Positions 38,170-47,378 are shown, counted from the stretch's first letter. The stretch: DNA of 64,000 bases from a virus (IMGVR_UViG_3300021431_000010:20114-84113), one strand, 5' to 3'. Notes: generated by a model not told the origin, from the letters alone. Program-made: numbers and translations.

Positions 38170-38407
38170 TGTTTTACTTGCGATTATTGCTATTGAAGTC
38201 GGTGCTCTTGTTTACTTGCTGTATCAGCCTATTGATATTCCGGATAACACAGAATCAAACGAGAAAGCAGATTCCAAATTAAACAGAATCCTCCAGTTTG
38301 AAGATAGAATCTACGACATGGTTGTTGATATGAAAAGTAAAGTAACTCAGTTATCTGAGAAAAAGAAGAGCAGAAGAGCAAAGTCGGAGGACAATAAGAA
38401 TGTTTAA
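38159..38407 (+). CDS. Membrane-anchored protein
   Basis: N-terminal TM. Confidence 0.6.
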   Translation: MITNVLLAIIAIEVGALVYLLYQPIDIPDNTESNEKADSKLNRILQFEDRIYDMVVDMKSKVTQLSEKKKSRRAKSEDNKNV

Positions 38408-38768
38408 TATTTTATTAAGTATATTTTTACTGTTAGGTTTCTTTTTTACTTGGGCTGCTATTGGTACAGTCATTTTAAAAGTTGATCAGATCGCTAAAGC
38501 TTTAGATAGCAATTTTAAAAGTGTTGCTGATTCATTCGACAGACTACTAAATATTCTTAAACAAGAGCCAGCTCTCCATGCAGCATTATTACAGGCATTA
38601 ACAGATCTTGGTACTAGTTTAAATAGTATTAAAGAACAGCTGTCATACATCGATCTGTCTTCCATGTTAAACACAATGAAACCAAGAAAAAATCTAAAAA
38701 GAAAAACAGAAAAAGAAGTAAAGGAGAATTTATCTAATGGCGAAAGCGAAGAAGGACTTGAGGATTAG
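38400..38768 (+). CDS. Membrane-anchored protein
   Basis: N-terminal TM. Confidence 0.6.
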   Translation: MFNILLSIFLLLGFFFTWAAIGTVILKVDQIAKALDSNFKSVADSFDRLLNILKQEPALHAALLQALTDLGTSLNSIKEQLSYIDLSSMLNTMKPRKNLKRKTEKEVKENLSNGESEEGLED

Positions 38769-39477
38769 CTCACCTGAGTTTTTGTACGTCGATACCGATG
38801 GATATTACGACAAGAATGGCAAATTTCATCCTTTTCCAGATAGTAATCATGATTTTTCTATGACTGCAAGAGCTTTAAATGATTACCATGGTAAAGTCGT
38901 AAATGATTTACGCTCAATTGTAAAAAAGATATTTACTCCAAAGCCATTATCTGAGCTGTATCGTGTCGTTTATGGCGGTGATCGTACCATTCTGATCGAT
39001 AACAAAACCGGTGATCGTCTCGAAATGGTCACTCGTGAAAAGAAGGAATACAATAACCTCTACAAAGCTGTTCTATACCTTCTTCTTAAGTATCGTGGTG
39101 TTTACGGTTCTGAGATAGAAAGATATTTGTTTAAAACACCTTGGACTTATATTGGTTTAATGGAGTATCTCCTTGAGTTTGGCTATCGAAACAGTTATAC
39201 ACATGAAGATGTCATGAAACTTCATGAACTAGTTGAAGCAGAAGAAGATCCAGAAGTTGGTTTCCTTTATATTCTCGCTTATGATCGATTCCGTTATACG
39301 AAAAAAGAGATCGATGAACTGGTTAAAAACGCTACCTGCTCAGAAAAGACATCTACTAAGCGCCGTAAATGCAAAAAATCTTATGAGAAGAAGCTTAAAG
39401 AATGCCAGATCAAACGCGGAAAAGCATTAGCCAAGACTAGAGATGATTTGGAAGATGATGATGAACTTAATTGGTAA
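38737..39477 (+). CDS. Hypothetical protein
   Basis: 246-aa ORF with RBS. Confidence 0.65.
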   Translation: MAKAKKDLRISSPEFLYVDTDGYYDKNGKFHPFPDSNHDFSMTARALNDYHGKVVNDLRSIVKKIFTPKPLSELYRVVYGGDRTILIDNKTGDRLEMVTREKKEYNNLYKAVLYLLLKYRGVYGSEIERYLFKTPWTYIGLMEYLLEFGYRNSYTHEDVMKLHELVEAEEDPEVGFLYILAYDRFRYTKKEIDELVKNATCSEKTSTKRRKCKKSYEKKLKECQIKRGKALAKTRDDLEDDDELNW

Positions 39478-39775
39478 CATAGTTTGGTTCTTTATGTCGC
39501 TTACCGTGATTGTGATGTTTCTCTGTGTTACTGTCGTAGGTTTAGCAGTGTTAGACTACGCGCTTGACTCAGATATTAAAGGGGCTCTAGTCAAATGGCT
39601 AGGGCCTCGTCACTTTCTGAAGCGTGTCAGATTGAAACTATTGCAAATCGGTAAGAAGGTAGACACTTCTTCTAATAAAGATATTTGGGCAGACAATGTT
39701 CATTATGTAATTGATCCTGATTACGATAAGGAAATTCACGATCTTGTTCAGCAAATCGAAGGTAATAGTAAATGA
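39443..39775 (+). CDS. Membrane protein (start uncertain)
   Basis: Hydrophobic N-terminus. Confidence 0.55.
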   Translation: MIWKMMMNLIGNIVWFFMSLTVIVMFLCVTVVGLAVLDYALDSDIKGALVKWLGPRHFLKRVRLKLLQIGKKVDTSSNKDIWADNVHYVIDPDYDKEIHDLVQQIEGNSK

Positions 39776-39999
39776 GTGATCAGTATTATTACATCTGCGA
39801 TGCCAAGAGAAAGATAAAAGATGGTGCTTGTACAGGTGAGAGCTGCAAGTATTTAAACGATGGTAACTGTGAGCGTACCAAAGATATTCAGTACGCCAAG
39901 AACAAGTTCGATCGAAAGAACTTTGAGTTTGTCTGTCATCAGTCACAAGGTGACCTTGATATTTACTCTGAGAAGAACAAGAAAGGAGAGTACATCTAA
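39772..39999 (+). CDS. Cys-rich small protein
   Basis: Four Cys in N-terminal half. Confidence 0.55.
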   Translation: MSDQYYYICDAKRKIKDGACTGESCKYLNDGNCERTKDIQYAKNKFDRKNFEFVCHQSQGDLDIYSEKNKKGEYI

Positions 40000-40190
40000 T
40001 GGGACCAGATTATGAAGATCTGATGGACTTTGCGAAGTGGGTTGCCCGCTGGATATTTGATCCGCAATTTGAAGAAGGCGGTCAAGGGGCATTTTCAGAA
40101 CTTGCTTGTCGTAAATTGTACAAGCTAGGAATAGTAACTAAGACAGACGATAATTGGATCTTCCTAGATGAAGACGACGCTGAAGCCTAA
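39999..40190 (+). CDS. Small hypothetical
   Basis: RBS GAAAGGAG; ELACRKLYKLG. Confidence 0.6.
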   Translation: MGPDYEDLMDFAKWVARWIFDPQFEEGGQGAFSELACRKLYKLGIVTKTDDNWIFLDEDDAEA

Positions 40191-40213
40191 TTATATTTTG
40201 GAGACTGTCTGAG

Positions 40214-40459
40214 ATGGAAAATGTAAAGAATAGTGACTGCTTGAAAGATTCTAGATGTGACGATCATGGAACGTTCAGAACTACTGACTATGAGTTAGCA
40301 ACTGAATTTGTCAAGATCTTAATAATGTCTGGATATTTGGTAACAATCGATGAGCCTAGTAGGCTTACTGATGAGTTTGTAATCACATATGCATTTAATA
40401 AGGAGGAAATGCATTTAATAAGGAGGAAAGAAAATGAAAGTATTAACTGCAACAGCTGA
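40214..40459 (+). CDS. Small hypothetical
   Basis: ORF in operon. Confidence 0.5.
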   Translation: MENVKNSDCLKDSRCDDHGTFRTTDYELATEFVKILIMSGYLVTIDEPSRLTDEFVITYAFNKEEMHLIRRKENESINCNS

Positions 40460-40619
40460 AGACATGGAAAGGAATTTCAAGAAAGGTTATGTCAAGGCCC
40501 TTTGGGAAGAAGGAAAGAAACCTTCTGAGATCGCTGGAAGAGTAGGACTTTCTGTAAGTACTGTTCGTGCTTGGATGAAAAAATTCCAGTCTGAAGGCAA
40601 GATTCCAACTGTTGAGTAA
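40434..40619 (+). CDS. HTH DNA-binding protein
   Basis: GKKPSEIAGRVGLSVSTVRAW. Confidence 0.75.
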   Translation: MKVLTATAEDMERNFKKGYVKALWEEGKKPSEIAGRVGLSVSTVRAWMKKFQSEGKIPTVE

Positions 40620-40703
40620 TAAGCAAGCCCTGGATATTTCTGGGGCTTTTCTTTTTTTTATCTGTACGCGTAAAATTCCGGGCCTCTTATGGAGGTAAAA
40701 ATC

Positions 40704-40895
40704 ATGAGCAAAATCGCTGAAAGAATTACGAAGTTTATTACTAGAGAAACTGGTATAGCATTCAAGATGGGACAGATTAAGGCGTATAGAGATGTTGGAT
40801 ATTCTTATGCAACTATCGCGCAGAAAATGAACATCGCTGAATCGTCTGTACGAGCTTTGGATAGGAAGATTAATGAAATGGAAATCGATAAGTAA
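40704..40895 (+). CDS. HTH protein similar to the RNA polymerase N-terminal HTH
   Basis: GYSYATIAQKMNIAESSVRAL; own promoter motif at about 40665. Confidence 0.7.
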   Translation: MSKIAERITKFITRETGIAFKMGQIKAYRDVGYSYATIAQKMNIAESSVRALDRKINEMEIDK

Positions 40896-40952
40896 ATGAT
40901 ATTTTGGGAGGTCTTAACGGGCCTCTTCTTTTTGCCAAGAAAGGAGATTTAT

Positions 40953-41207
40953 GTGCTAAGTGGAACGGAAATTTTAGAAATAATGAGAGTACTGGATATT
41001 AGATCGATTGACGTGCAGAACGAAACTGGTATAACTATGCAAACACTAAGAAATATTATTAATGGAAATCATAAGACAAGCAAGGTTGTTTGGTATGCAT
41101 TAATTAGCTATTTTCAGAAGGTTTATACTAGTAAATATTACGAAAATGTAGAGTTTAGAGAGTCCAATTATGGCTCAAAAGTTCTGCAAAAATTGGAAAA
41201 TTTATAG
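40953..41207 (+). CDS. XRE-like HTH protein
   Basis: DVQNETGITMQTLRNIING; GTG start after AAGGAG. Confidence 0.55.
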   Translation: MLSGTEILEIMRVLDIRSIDVQNETGITMQTLRNIINGNHKTSKVVWYALISYFQKVYTSKYYENVEFRESNYGSKVLQKLENL

Positions 41208-41560
41208 CACAAATCCTTACACAAAAATTGTGCAAAACACAAAAATTTTTGGAAAAATCGAAAAAATTGAAAAAAGTGGCAAAAATCGATGCAAAATATT
41301 TTGCGTCAAAATGGTCAATTTCACAAAATTTTTGTGATTTTACACAAAAATAAAAAATTTTTGTGTAACGAAAAAGCCTTTAAAATAAGGCTTTTAGAGC
41401 ATTTTTCACAAAAACACAAAAATATTTATTAATTAATGCGAAAAAAAATAATAAATTATTATATAAGTTAAAGAAAATTTTTGTGTTTTTGTGCAGAGAC
41501 ATTTTTAGACTGATTTTGGTCCTCGATTTTGAGGGCCTTTTTAGTTTATTCTCTGCACAG
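41208..41560. repeat. AT-rich non-coding region with CACAAAA/TTTTGTG direct and inverted repeats (putative origin)
   Basis: About 10 copies of cacaaa(a) or its complement in 350 bp. Confidence 0.55.
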
Positions 41561-41730
41561 ATCAATCCACTGGTAATGGATATTTTCACACCGAATTTTT
41601 AGTTCGCGGAAATTCCATGCCCTGTTATGAAGGAGAAATGATAAAACGCCGACTTTTTATAAGTTTGTGTCGGTTTGCGTCGTTTCCCTTTTCTTTTTGT
41701 TTTTGTCAGGTTTAAAGGAGAGTGAACTAT

Positions 41731-42051
41731 ATGGCAAAGAAGAATGGAATCCGTATGGATATTCTTGAGCGAAACTTTCAACGTGATTTGATCAAAGAAA
41801 TTAAACAACGTTTCAAAGGTAGTTTCGTAATCAAGTTAGATCCAAGACTGATTCAAGGTGTACCAGACTTGTTGGTTCTGTTTGGAAAGCATTGGGCAGC
41901 ATTAGAAGTAAAACGTTCAGCTCATGCTACTCATCGTCCAAACCAGGATTACAGAGTCAAGCTGATGAACGATATGTCTTTTGCGAGATTCGTTTATCCA
42001 GAGAATAAGGAGAGTGTTTTGAATGAAATGGAATCCGCATTCCGCGATTGA
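41731..42051 (+). CDS. VRR-NUC / PD-(D/E)XK nuclease
   Basis: ERNFQ, GVPDLLV, LEVK, RPNQ. Confidence 0.8.
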   Translation: MAKKNGIRMDILERNFQRDLIKEIKQRFKGSFVIKLDPRLIQGVPDLLVLFGKHWAALEVKRSAHATHRPNQDYRVKLMNDMSFARFVYPENKESVLNEMESAFRD

Positions 42052-42604
42052 GGGAACTCATGCTTTTTTGAGTGCTTCAAGTTATCACTGGCTGAACTAT
42101 ACAGATGACAAATTGATATCTGTATTTAAGGCAAAGCTAGCGGCACAAAAAGGCACTGAGCTTCATGATTTTGCATCTAGATGTATTAAACTTCGTCAAA
42201 GGCTTCCGAAGTCTAATAAGGCTTTAAATGCTTTTGTGAACGATGCTATCGGATACGGTATGGATTCTGAGATTCCTTTATATTATTCGGCGAACTGCTA
42301 TGGAACTGCAGACGCTATTTACTTTGGCAAGCAGCGCGGTTCAGAAAGAATGATATTACGAATCCATGATTTGAAGACTGGTGACATACCAGCCAAGATC
42401 GACCAGTTATTGGTCTATGCGTCTTTGTTCTGTTTGGAGTATGGATTTAAGCCTGGTGAGATTGACATGGAATTGAGGATTTATCAAGGGAATGAAGTTC
42501 TCTTCTATAATCCGAAGCCTGAAGAAATCTTACCGATTATGGATTTAATCATTCGCTTCAGTAAGATCCTTGACGACATCAAAGCTAGGGAAGGAGTGAA
42601 TTGA
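42023..42604 (+). CDS. PD-(D/E)XK exonuclease (Cas4/RecB-like)
   Basis: HAFLSAS, GTELH, GTADAI, IHDLKTG, QLLVYA. Confidence 0.75.
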   Translation: MKWNPHSAIEGTHAFLSASSYHWLNYTDDKLISVFKAKLAAQKGTELHDFASRCIKLRQRLPKSNKALNAFVNDAIGYGMDSEIPLYYSANCYGTADAIYFGKQRGSERMILRIHDLKTGDIPAKIDQLLVYASLFCLEYGFKPGEIDMELRIYQGNEVLFYNPKPEEILPIMDLIIRFSKILDDIKAREGVN

Positions 42605-45597
42605 TATTTATGACTTATGAGAAACCGTCGTTAGACGATTTTTTAATGCATTACGGTATTGACCATATTAAAGGAACTCCTGGATCTGGCAGATATCCTT
42701 GGGGTTCTGGAGATACACCATTCCAGCATTCTGGAGATTTTCTTTCGTTCGTAACTCAGCTGAGGAAAGAAAAGCCAACATACACAGATAATGAAGAATA
42801 CATTATAAAGAATGGTGAAAAGATTAAGAATCCTGATTATGGTAAAACATTCAAAGGCGAAACCGCTGTAGCAAAGATATTAAAGATGAGCACTACAGAA
42901 TATAGGCACGCTATTACTCTTGCATCTAATCTTGATAAGATGGACAAGATTAATCGTGCTGAAGCTTTATGGAATACATACGATGAAAATGGAAAACATA
43001 AGTATGGATATTCTGAGATTGCTCGTAAAATGGGTTTGCCTAATGAATCATCTGTTAGATCACTTTTAGAGCCTTCTAGAAGAGCAAACATTGAGATATC
43101 CTTGAAGACTGCAGACTTCTTAAAAGATCGTCTTAATGAACTTTCTAAGTCCGATCCAAAAGCTATGATTGATATTGGTCCTGGTGTTGAGACTGAACTC
43201 AATATCACTAGAACTAAGCTCGATGATGCTGTTTATATTTTGGAAGGAGAAGGTTATAAGACATTTGGTGGAAGAGTTCCTAATATTACTGATCCATCTG
43301 GTGCAAGACAAACAACAATGAATGTTATTGCTACACCAGATGCGAATTGGAAAGATTTTTACGAGTATAGTCATATCAAAGGTATTAAAGATTATGAAGC
43401 TATTAACAATGGAATTGATGGATTTAAAAAGAAATTTGAATTCCCTGAGTCCATGGATTCTAGCAGATTGATGATTAGATATGCTGAAGATGGTGGTAAA
43501 GAAAAAGATGGTCTTGTTGAACTTAGAAGAAACGTAGATGATCTTTCTCTTGGTGAAAAGAATTATGCTCAGGTACGAATCCTTGTTGATGGAACTAAAT
43601 ATATTAAAGGCATGGCAGCTTATGCTATTGATCAAGATTCATTTCCACCTGGTGTTGATGTGATATTTAACACTAATAAGCATAAGGATGTTGCTAAACT
43701 TGATGTTTTAAAAGATGTTAAGAGAGACAAAATTACTGGTGAAATTGATAGAGATAATCCATTCGGTTCTTTGATTAAAGATAAAGAACAGGGTGGTCAA
43801 AGCTATTATACCGGTAAAGATGGTAAACAACATCTTAGTCTTATCAATAAAAGAGCTGATGAAGGTGACTGGGATAACTGGAAAGACACACTTTCGGCAC
43901 AGTTCTTATCGAAGCAAACAGTTCAGTTAGCAAAGAGACAGTTGAATTTAGCTGTTCTTGAAAAACAAGAAGAGTTAAAAGATATTATGAGTCTTGAAAA
44001 TAATACACTTAAAAAGTATTACTTAGATTCATTTGCTAGTGACTGCGATTCTTCAGCTGTTCATTTGACAGCAGCAGCTTTACCAAGACAGAAGTTCCAG
44101 GTTATTTTACCTATTCCGTCAATGAAAGATAATGAAATCTATGCACCTAACTATAAAGATGGTGAACAGGTAGCATTAGTTCGTTATCCACATGGTGGCC
44201 AATTCGAAATTCCAATTCTGACTGTTAATAATAAACAGAAAGATGGCGTTGCAATGATTGGCAAGAACTCAAGAGATGCTGTCGGTATTAATGCTTCTGT
44301 TGCAGAAAAGCTTTCTGGAGCTGACTTTGATGGCGATACTGTTATGGTTATCCCAACAAACAGCACTATTAGAATCAAGAATAATAACGGAAAGTCTTTG
44401 AAAGGCTTAGAAGGTTTCGAACCAAAAGAGGTTTATGGCTGCGATCCTAGTAAGACTTATGAAGATAAGAATGGTAATAAGCATTACTTTAATAAAGCAG
44501 GTTTGGAATTCAAGGTAATGAAGAACACTCAGAATGAAATGGGTCGTATTTCAAACCTTATTACAGACATGACTATTAAAGGCGCTACAGAAGATGAATT
44601 AGCAAAAGCAGTTCGTCATTCAATGGTTGTTATTGATGCAGAAAAGCATAAACTTGATTACCAGTCAAGCTACGCTCAGAATGAGATTGAACGTCTTAAA
44701 AAGAAGTATCAAGCTCATTTGGATGAAGATGGAAAAGAAGCATATGGCGCGTCAACTCTTATTTCAATGGCTAAGTCTCAGAAAGATGTAGTTAGAAGAA
44801 GAGGCCAGCCTCGAGTTAATATTAAAGGTCGTCCTGATTATGATCCATCTAAGCCAGAAGGTGCATTATTATATAAAGAAGATCCTAAAGCTAGGTACAC
44901 TATAGAGAAGGTTAATAAAAAGACTGGGGAAGTAAAGGTAATAGAAAAAACTCGTAAGCAGCCAAGCACAAAAATGGCTGAAACAGATGATGCTAGAACA
45001 TTGATCTCAGATAGAAATTCTCCAATGGAACAACTTTATGCCTCCTATGCCAATACAATGAAAAGTATGGCTAACCAGGCTAGAAAGCTTAGTTATGAAA
45101 CAAAAGGATCTGAATATAGTAGTAATGCAGCAAAGAAATACGCTAACGAGGTACGAGAACTAGAGAATCAGTTAGATCTGTCTACTAAGAATAAACCTAG
45201 AGAAAGACAGGCTCAAGTTATTGCTACTGTATCATTTAAAGCAAAGGTTCAAAGTAATCCAGACATTAAGAAGGAAGACAAGAAGAAACTTAGACAGATA
45301 GAGCTTACCAAGGCACGGTCTAGGGTAGGGGCCCAGAGGAATGAAATTACCATTACCGATGAAATATGGGAGGCTATCCAGGCTGGAGCAGTGCATGCGA
45401 ACACTTTAAGAAAAGTTTTAGACCATACGGACACGGATAAGTTAAGGGAGAGAGCTACTCCGAGTTCAAGAAAAACAATGACTGACGCCATGAAGAGTAG
45501 AGCAAAAGCTATGGCACAAAGTGGAAAAACAAATGCAGAAATTGCGGCAGCTCTTGGAGTTTCTTCTAGTACAATTGCTAAAGCTATTAAAGAATGA
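42601..45597 (+). CDS. Single-chain two-barrel RNA polymerase (YonO/QDE-1-like)
   Basis: RYPH, LSGADFDGD (44317-44337), GRISNLITD, HSMVVIDAEK; HTH motifs near both termini. Confidence 0.8.
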   Translation: MIFMTYEKPSLDDFLMHYGIDHIKGTPGSGRYPWGSGDTPFQHSGDFLSFVTQLRKEKPTYTDNEEYIIKNGEKIKNPDYGKTFKGETAVAKILKMSTTEYRHAITLASNLDKMDKINRAEALWNTYDENGKHKYGYSEIARKMGLPNESSVRSLLEPSRRANIEISLKTADFLKDRLNELSKSDPKAMIDIGPGVETELNITRTKLDDAVYILEGEGYKTFGGRVPNITDPSGARQTTMNVIATPDANWKDFYEYSHIKGIKDYEAINNGIDGFKKKFEFPESMDSSRLMIRYAEDGGKEKDGLVELRRNVDDLSLGEKNYAQVRILVDGTKYIKGMAAYAIDQDSFPPGVDVIFNTNKHKDVAKLDVLKDVKRDKITGEIDRDNPFGSLIKDKEQGGQSYYTGKDGKQHLSLINKRADEGDWDNWKDTLSAQFLSKQTVQLAKRQLNLAVLEKQEELKDIMSLENNTLKKYYLDSFASDCDSSAVHLTAAALPRQKFQVILPIPSMKDNEIYAPNYKDGEQVALVRYPHGGQFEIPILTVNNKQKDGVAMIGKNSRDAVGINASVAEKLSGADFDGDTVMVIPTNSTIRIKNNNGKSLKGLEGFEPKEVYGCDPSKTYEDKNGNKHYFNKAGLEFKVMKNTQNEMGRISNLITDMTIKGATEDELAKAVRHSMVVIDAEKHKLDYQSSYAQNEIERLKKKYQAHLDEDGKEAYGASTLISMAKSQKDVVRRRGQPRVNIKGRPDYDPSKPEGALLYKEDPKARYTIEKVNKKTGEVKVIEKTRKQPSTKMAETDDARTLISDRNSPMEQLYASYANTMKSMANQARKLSYETKGSEYSSNAAKKYANEVRELENQLDLSTKNKPRERQAQVIATVSFKAKVQSNPDIKKEDKKKLRQIELTKARSRVGAQRNEITITDEIWEAIQAGAVHANTLRKVLDHTDTDKLRERATPSSRKTMTDAMKSRAKAMAQSGKTNAEIAAALGVSSSTIAKAIKE

Positions 45598-45624
45598 GTG
45601 GAAGGAGAATAAAAAGAATCAAGG

Positions 45625-45927
45625 ATGAATGCCGAAGAAATTAAAAAAGAAAACAGTTTGATCGAGAATAATGCGAAGTTTGCATTAACAACTGTTGACA
45701 ATCCATATGATCCATTCACTCAATTCAGTGATTGGTTAATCTATGACAATTTAAAAGGTTACTGTTCGAGTAGTTATTTAGCAAGGATCGCAAAAACTTC
45801 TGAACAATTAAGCGATGAACTAAACAATGAAGAAATTGAACGAGCTATAGACGAGATCATTGCAAACGATTTCCTTGGAATTTATAGAAAAGCCATAAAT
45901 AAAAATTATAAATCGTTTGTTGGTTAA
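45625..45927 (+). CDS. Conserved phage hypothetical
   Basis: LTTVDNPYDPFTQF...YLARI. Confidence 0.7.
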   Translation: MNAEEIKKENSLIENNAKFALTTVDNPYDPFTQFSDWLIYDNLKGYCSSSYLARIAKTSEQLSDELNNEEIERAIDEIIANDFLGIYRKAINKNYKSFVG

Positions 45928-45954
45928 ACGTTTGTATCATTCTTTCTTTTTTGA

Positions 45955-46030
45955 GGCATAGGGAGGGGGTCATAAAAACCCCACCCCCTATTGCATCGCG
46001 GCGGTCTCAAAAAATTCTCCGGCGGGATTT
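45955..46030. other. GC-rich segment, candidate cos/packaging site
   Basis: ggggg/ccccc inverted tracts, then cgcggcggtct-caaaaaattctccgg, upstream of HNH and terminase. Confidence 0.4.
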
Positions 46031-46073
46031 TTTGCTGATATTTTCGGAAACCCAATCGCTTTTCCATGGTACT

Positions 46074-46202
46074 CTTTAGCGTTATTTACGAGGTATTAAG
46101 TACCGTGTTAGGGCTCTACTCTCCTTTCGCACGAGGTGTCTTCGTTTTTGTGACTTGGCATCTACTCTCCAAGTATTTAATGCCTCATAAATGACACTAA
46201 AG
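46074..46202 (+). ncRNA. Candidate structured RNA D with anti-RBS loops
   Basis: 30-bp imperfect stem 46074-46103/46173-46202; loop tctactctcctttcgc is the exact reverse complement of 26869-26884. Confidence 0.55.
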
Positions 46203-46246
46203 TATATTGAAACTATTACAGAACTGATAGGAAAGGAAGTGAGATC

Positions 46247-46603
46247 ATGGCTAAAAAGCGTGTAGTCGTAGAAGAAACTATACCAAAACTACGTCCAGCT
46301 GAGACAGAAGAGGGTCGTGAGAACCAGCTTATAGCTCTTGCAGCAGATGAAGTGGAGTATAGGATCCGTAATCATACAGCATCATCACAAGAATTGGTCC
46401 ACTTTCTCAGATTGGGATCAACAAAAAGCAAATTAGAGCTGGAGAAGCTTAGAAAAGAAAACGAATTGCTTGTTGCTAAAACTCAAGCACTACAATCTGC
46501 AAAACATTCCGAAGAACTCTTCGCTGCAGCTATGCAAGCATTCGGAATTTATACTGGAAATTCATCTAGTGATGAGGACAACGAAGATGTTGAACTATTC
46601 TAG
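46247..46603 (+). CDS. Putative terminase small subunit
   Basis: First late-operon gene, helical/coiled coil, before HNH and TerL. Confidence 0.45.
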   Translation: MAKKRVVVEETIPKLRPAETEEGRENQLIALAADEVEYRIRNHTASSQELVHFLRLGSTKSKLELEKLRKENELLVAKTQALQSAKHSEELFAAAMQAFGIYTGNSSSDEDNEDVELF

Positions 46604-47012
46604 ATGTTATTCAGAATTAATTAAACTAAAAAGTTTTCAGGAAAGATTAGAATACTTACTTCTTCATGGGAGTGTTGCTAAAGAAACGTTTGGGTACGAG
46701 AGATATTTGAATCAGTTACTTTACCATTGTCCTGAATGGAAAAGTGTTAAGAGAAAGATTATTCTTAGAGACAATGGCTGTGATTTAGGATGTGAAGGAT
46801 ACGAGATCTATAAAAATGCAATTATTCATCACATTAATCCGATCACTGTTGAGGATATTTTACAAAGAAGTCAAATGGTATTTGATCCTGAAAACTTGAT
46901 CACCACAAAATTAGATACACATAATTTAATACACTATGGAAGTGAGAACGATATTTTCACTAAGTCTTTTGTGGACCGTTCTCCTAATGATACCTGTCTT
47001 TGGAGGAGGTAG
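46587..47012 (+). CDS. HNH endonuclease (packaging-associated)
   Basis: RDNGCDLG...IHHINP...NLI...HNLIH. Confidence 0.8.
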   Translation: MLNYSRCYSELIKLKSFQERLEYLLLHGSVAKETFGYERYLNQLLYHCPEWKSVKRKIILRDNGCDLGCEGYEIYKNAIIHHINPITVEDILQRSQMVFDPENLITTKLDTHNLIHYGSENDIFTKSFVDRSPNDTCLWRR

Positions 47013-47015
47013 ATT

Positions 47016-47375
47016 ATGGATCAAAGTATTTTAGATTCGATTAAAGATGTAATCGGAATTGATCGAAGAAATACGGACTTTGATAGAGATTTAATAATTG
47101 CTATTAATGCAGTACTATTTATTGTCTACCAGGAAGGCTTATCTGATGAAGCTCACACAATCAAAGACAATACATCTAAGTGGTCCGATATTTTAATTAA
47201 AGGTCAGCCGATAAATTTAAGAACTCTCATTACTTGGGCAGGATTAAAAACTAAATCTATTTTTGATCCGCCGACTTCATCCACTTTAGCAACAGCTTTA
47301 AAAGAAACTATTGATGAATTGGAGTGGAGAGGTTTTATTACACAAAATTATGTTGGAGAGATAGGGGAGATCTAA
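47016..47375 (+). CDS. Putative head-tail connector protein
   Basis: SILDSIK..FD..IIAIN..FDPP..ELEWR pattern. Confidence 0.5.
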   Translation: MDQSILDSIKDVIGIDRRNTDFDRDLIIAINAVLFIVYQEGLSDEAHTIKDNTSKWSDILIKGQPINLRTLITWAGLKTKSIFDPPTSSTLATALKETIDELEWRGFITQNYVGEIGEI

Positions 47376-47378
47376 CCA

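Larger units (their letters stand above)
6946..41628 (+). promoter_or_regulatory. Dispersed phage-specific promoter-like motif, about 38 copies: TC(GCG|TTT)WAWWWWWC-N5-CTHTWAYG abutting the RBS
   Basis: Examples: 8832, 11731, 14116 (ttcgcgtaattttcatctcctattatg), 16728, 18236, 19100, 24563, 26456, 40665, 41603. Fixed 5-nt spacer. No copy noticed in 1-6.7 kb or 46-64 kb. Confidence 0.75.

Noticed and set aside
42601-45597. True RNA-dependent RNA polymerase
   Set aside because: Motifs are shared with QDE-1-type RdRPs, but the dsDNA phage context, HTH domains and YonO precedent favour a DNA-dependent enzyme.
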